From positions 29,696,001 to 29,760,000 of the forward strand of contig CP068257.2 in assembly GCA_009914755.4 (NCBI GenBank): 64,000 nt of DNA, written 5' to 3'. Origin of the DNA: the human T2T-CHM13v2.0 reference genome, Homo sapiens. Shown here one piece after another: positions 60,032-64,000 of this stretch. The notes below the pieces were generated by a model. The model had not been told where the DNA came from and searched no databases. It was given only the letters and a program-made list of their open reading frames with translations. Every line of letters begins with the position of its first letter. Position 1 is the first letter of the stretch. The position numbers and the translations under genes were made by a program.

Positions 60032-60365
<334 letters not shown>

Positions 60366-60879
60366 GAGAAAGTGGAGGGAGCCAGGAGGCTGGATGTTAA
60401 GCCCTGCTGCTTATGTTTTTATGCCTCAATTTCTTCATCTGTAAAATGGGGATAATAATTGAATCTACATCACAGAGTTCATATGAGAATTGAAGAAATT
60501 AAAATAGTAAGCACTCAGCAAAAGCATTACCTATCACTATAATTTAACACAAATTTAAGGTAAAAGCAAGAAGACAAGGGGAAAGAAGGGGCAACCACGG
60601 GCTGCCAGCAGCAAGAAGCACTGGCTCTGCTAAGCCAGGGTTCAGAAAACTTTCTCTGCAAAGGGCCGGATGGTAAATATTTCAGGCCTTCCTGGCCATA
60701 AGGTCTGTGTCACACGCACTCAACTCCACCACTGGCACATGAAACGAGCCACGGGTAATACATACGTGAATGGGTGTGGCTACATTCCAATAAAATTTTA
60801 TTCGTGGATGCTGACATTTGAATTTCATATAACTTTCCCATATCACAAAGTATTCTTCTTATGATGTTTTTCCCAACCA

Positions 60880-61195
60880 TTTATTTTATTATTTTTATTT
60901 TATTTTATTTTATTTTATTGAGATGGAGGCTCTCTGTGTCACCCAGGCTGGAGTGCAGTGGCACGATCTCAGCTTACTGCAACCTCCGCCTCCCGGGTCC
61001 AAGCAATTCTCAGCCTCCCGAGTAGCTGTGATTACAGGTGCCTTCCACCACACCCAGCTAATTTTAGTATTTTTAGTAGAGACAGGGTTTCGCCATGTTG
61101 GCCAGGCTGGTCTGGAACTCCTGACCCCAGGTGATCTGCCTGCCTCGGCCTCCCAAAGTGCTAGGATTACAGGCGAGAGCCACCGCCCCCAGGCT
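60880..61195 (-). mobile_element. Alu SINE with a (TTTTA)n tail
   Basis: 'ttattttattttattttattttattgagatggaggctctctgtgtcacccaggctggagtgcagtggcacgatctcagcttactgcaacc...gcctcccaaagtgctaggattacaggcgagagccaccgcccccaggc'. Confidence 0.9.
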
Positions 61196-63018
61196 TCCCA
61201 ACCATTTAAAACCATAAAGTCTATTCTTAGCCTAAGCAACAAAACAAGGCAGTGGCCGGCTAGGTTGCTGAGCCACATGCTACAACACACTAGGCATACA
61301 CAGGCTGCCCAACTACATTTATATTCATTTGAACAGACTGGTCGGCTAGACAATCAAAGTCCCATGCGTTGGATACTACCATTTAATCTCTTATTTTCAA
61401 CCTCTAGAGAGAGAAAGATTTTAACCAATATTTGATGAACTGTCTAACCTACTTAGTGAGAACAAGCTTCAATTTATCTATCTTAGCCCTGGTATTTTTC
61501 TATATAAATCAATTCCTAAAGCACATATTTATAACTATAAATGTCAAGCCTCCACTCTGAGTTTTGGGCTCTTCATTCTGCACTCCACCACACATTATGT
61601 CCAACATGACAAATTTATTTCATTACATTCAGTAATCAGGAATATTTCCAGTGGTGGGAAAAAGCCTTGGAACATATCACTTTTCAGTATGGCTTCCTCA
61701 TTTTAAAGATATATTTTTAAAAAATCTATTAAGAGGAATTTTTTAGAAAGCACAAAGACTTTCTTAAGCAAGAATGAGGGAACGTGAGAGATTTTTGGAG
61801 AATTTATACTTACTCATTCCTCAGTACCCACTTTGTGGATGCAGTATTATGGACATAATGTTTTCAGTTTTGATTAAATAATTAATGATGTAAAAACAAG
61901 GTATTATTTAGATTCTCTCCAATCACCAGGAGAACAGAACCTCAGGACTCCAACTTTCTTGTTTTTCTATATTCTCTAAAGCAATTTGAGAATCTCACTA
62001 ATGGACAAGTTGTAAAACTTTTGTATTACTGTTATCAAAAATGACAAGTGATTTACCAGTATACACGTTCACTTCACTATTGTACCCTTTAAGATAATAT
62101 CTTCCAATTTAAACTTGATCTTGGCTTTGCCTTTTCCTATGTATTGAAATTACATTAGCTCTTCTCATCAGCATCCCCCCGAAAGTAAGAATTAAGAATG
62201 CAGGAGCACCTATACAATCACAGATGTTATGAGCAGGAAGAAGGTCATCAGACAAGATTCCAGGAGGTGAAACATTGTATCAGCTCAGAAGAGAACCATG
62301 ATCCGTGCAACCAAAGACTGAAATTTTTAAGCAAAACTTCATTATGGTTCTTGAAAAGTAAAGTCTAAAAACAACAACAAACCACCTTGTATAAATGTAT
62401 ATTTTGCTGTTTGATCGAGCCCAGAGCTTTTTAAATGAACCTATGCCAGGAAACACTGATGTTCACCCATTAAAAACAACTTTTTAATTGCATGCTGCTG
62501 AATTCTAATACATTCCAAATGGAGGCTCCTCATTCTCCTTTCTTCATGCAGAAAGTGACGACTAGCTTTTCCAGGATCAAAACCAGACCAGTATTCAAAG
62601 ATTCGTAGTAGGACCTGGGCACGCACATCAAAGGGACTTCTCTGGCCTTCTACCAGCCACGCCTCTTCTTAAAGGCAGACAGGCAGATACCTTTCTAGAT
62701 GATACCAGGGCACCCTGGACCCAATGCCCACGTCCAGGCCTTCTAGGGGCTCTTTCTTAGTTCTGACCTGGCAAGGTAGAGGACGATGCTACGTGTGCAC
62801 TCATAGGCCCGAGGGCAGCTCTTGGTGGGGATTTTAAAGGGGGCTTCTTTGTGTACGCTGTTGTGTCCATAAAACCTTTCATTGTCCAAGATGGAGCCAG
62901 GGGTGGGAGGATAAGGAAAGGTCATGGCTGGGGCTGGCTTTTCCCTACCTTACGTTCCCACATGGTATTCCAAGGAGTCTGACAATTGTAACTCTGAATC
63001 CAGCTTTCCAAGTCGTTA

Positions 63019-63346
<328 letters not shown>

Positions 63347-63974
63347 TCAAGGTGGGAGAATATATTTTATTTTACAATTTGTTACCTGGACTTACAACTT
63401 TTACATATCCAGACAAAGGTTATATGTGCCTCCATTTGTATTCTTGCCCGCAGGCCTGCTTCCTTCCACCAAAAAGAGACCATGAATACCTAACTTTTTT
63501 TAAAATTAAAAGCTGCTAGACATATAAAGAGAGTCCCTGATTTAGGACGGTTAGACTTACAGTTTTTGACTTGACAATGGCACAAAAGCAATAAGCATTC
63601 AGTAGAAATCATACTTTAAGTACCCATACGCCCATGCTGTTTTTCACTTTCAGTACAGTACTTAATACATTACATGAGATATTCAACACTTTATTATAAA
63701 ATAGGCTTTGTGTTAGATAATTCTGCCTAACTGTAGGCTAATGTAAGTGTTTTGAGCACATTTAAGGTAGGCTAGGCTAAGCTAGGATGTTCGGTAGATT
63801 AGGTGTATTAAATGTATTTTCAACTTAAGGTATTTTCAACTTACGATGGGTTTACTGAGTCATATTCTCATTGTAAGTTGATGAGCATCTGTACTCCCAT
63901 TCTCAGAAGCCATGAAAACACGGTATTTTAAGGTTAACTTGGTATTGTCTGCCTTGTTAAAAAGTCGAAAATGA

Positions 63975-64000
63975 GGCTGGGCGCGGTGGCTCACGCCTGT
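63975..64000 (+). mobile_element. Start of an Alu SINE that runs off the window end
   Basis: 'gaggctgggcgcggtggctcacgcctgt'. Confidence 0.8.

Overview
This window reads as primate (human or closely related hominoid) nuclear DNA, not a prokaryotic or viral locus. Roughly 45 Alu SINE copies or fragments are present in both orientations, ranging from AluJ/FLAM-like to young AluY-like. There are also several L1 3'-end fragments, five or six ERVL-MaLR (THE1/MST-type) solo LTRs, several of them split by later Alu/L1 insertions, and a MIR-like fragment. Microsatellites include (GGAA)n, (GATA)n, (CA)n, (ATT)n, (GGAT)n and (TTTA)n runs. No ORF in the six-frame track looks like a real protein-coding exon; the longest ones lie in Alu, LTR or CpG-rich sequence and have low-complexity translations. 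The most gene-like signal is a roughly 1 kb CpG island at about 15.25-16.3 kb, with a canonical TATAAAAG motif and candidate splice donors. This is probably the promoter or first exon of a transcript I cannot name from sequence alone. Other points worth a second look are a roughly 160 bp-arm inverted repeat whose loop carries an Alu, a 41-bp x3 minisatellite, nested transposable-element insertions, young Alus with intact target-site duplications, and a GC-rich non-repeat block at 57.7-59.6 kb. Nothing resembling a novel defence or biosynthetic system is visible. Repeat coordinates are hand-estimated and carry an uncertainty of roughly 5-10 bp.
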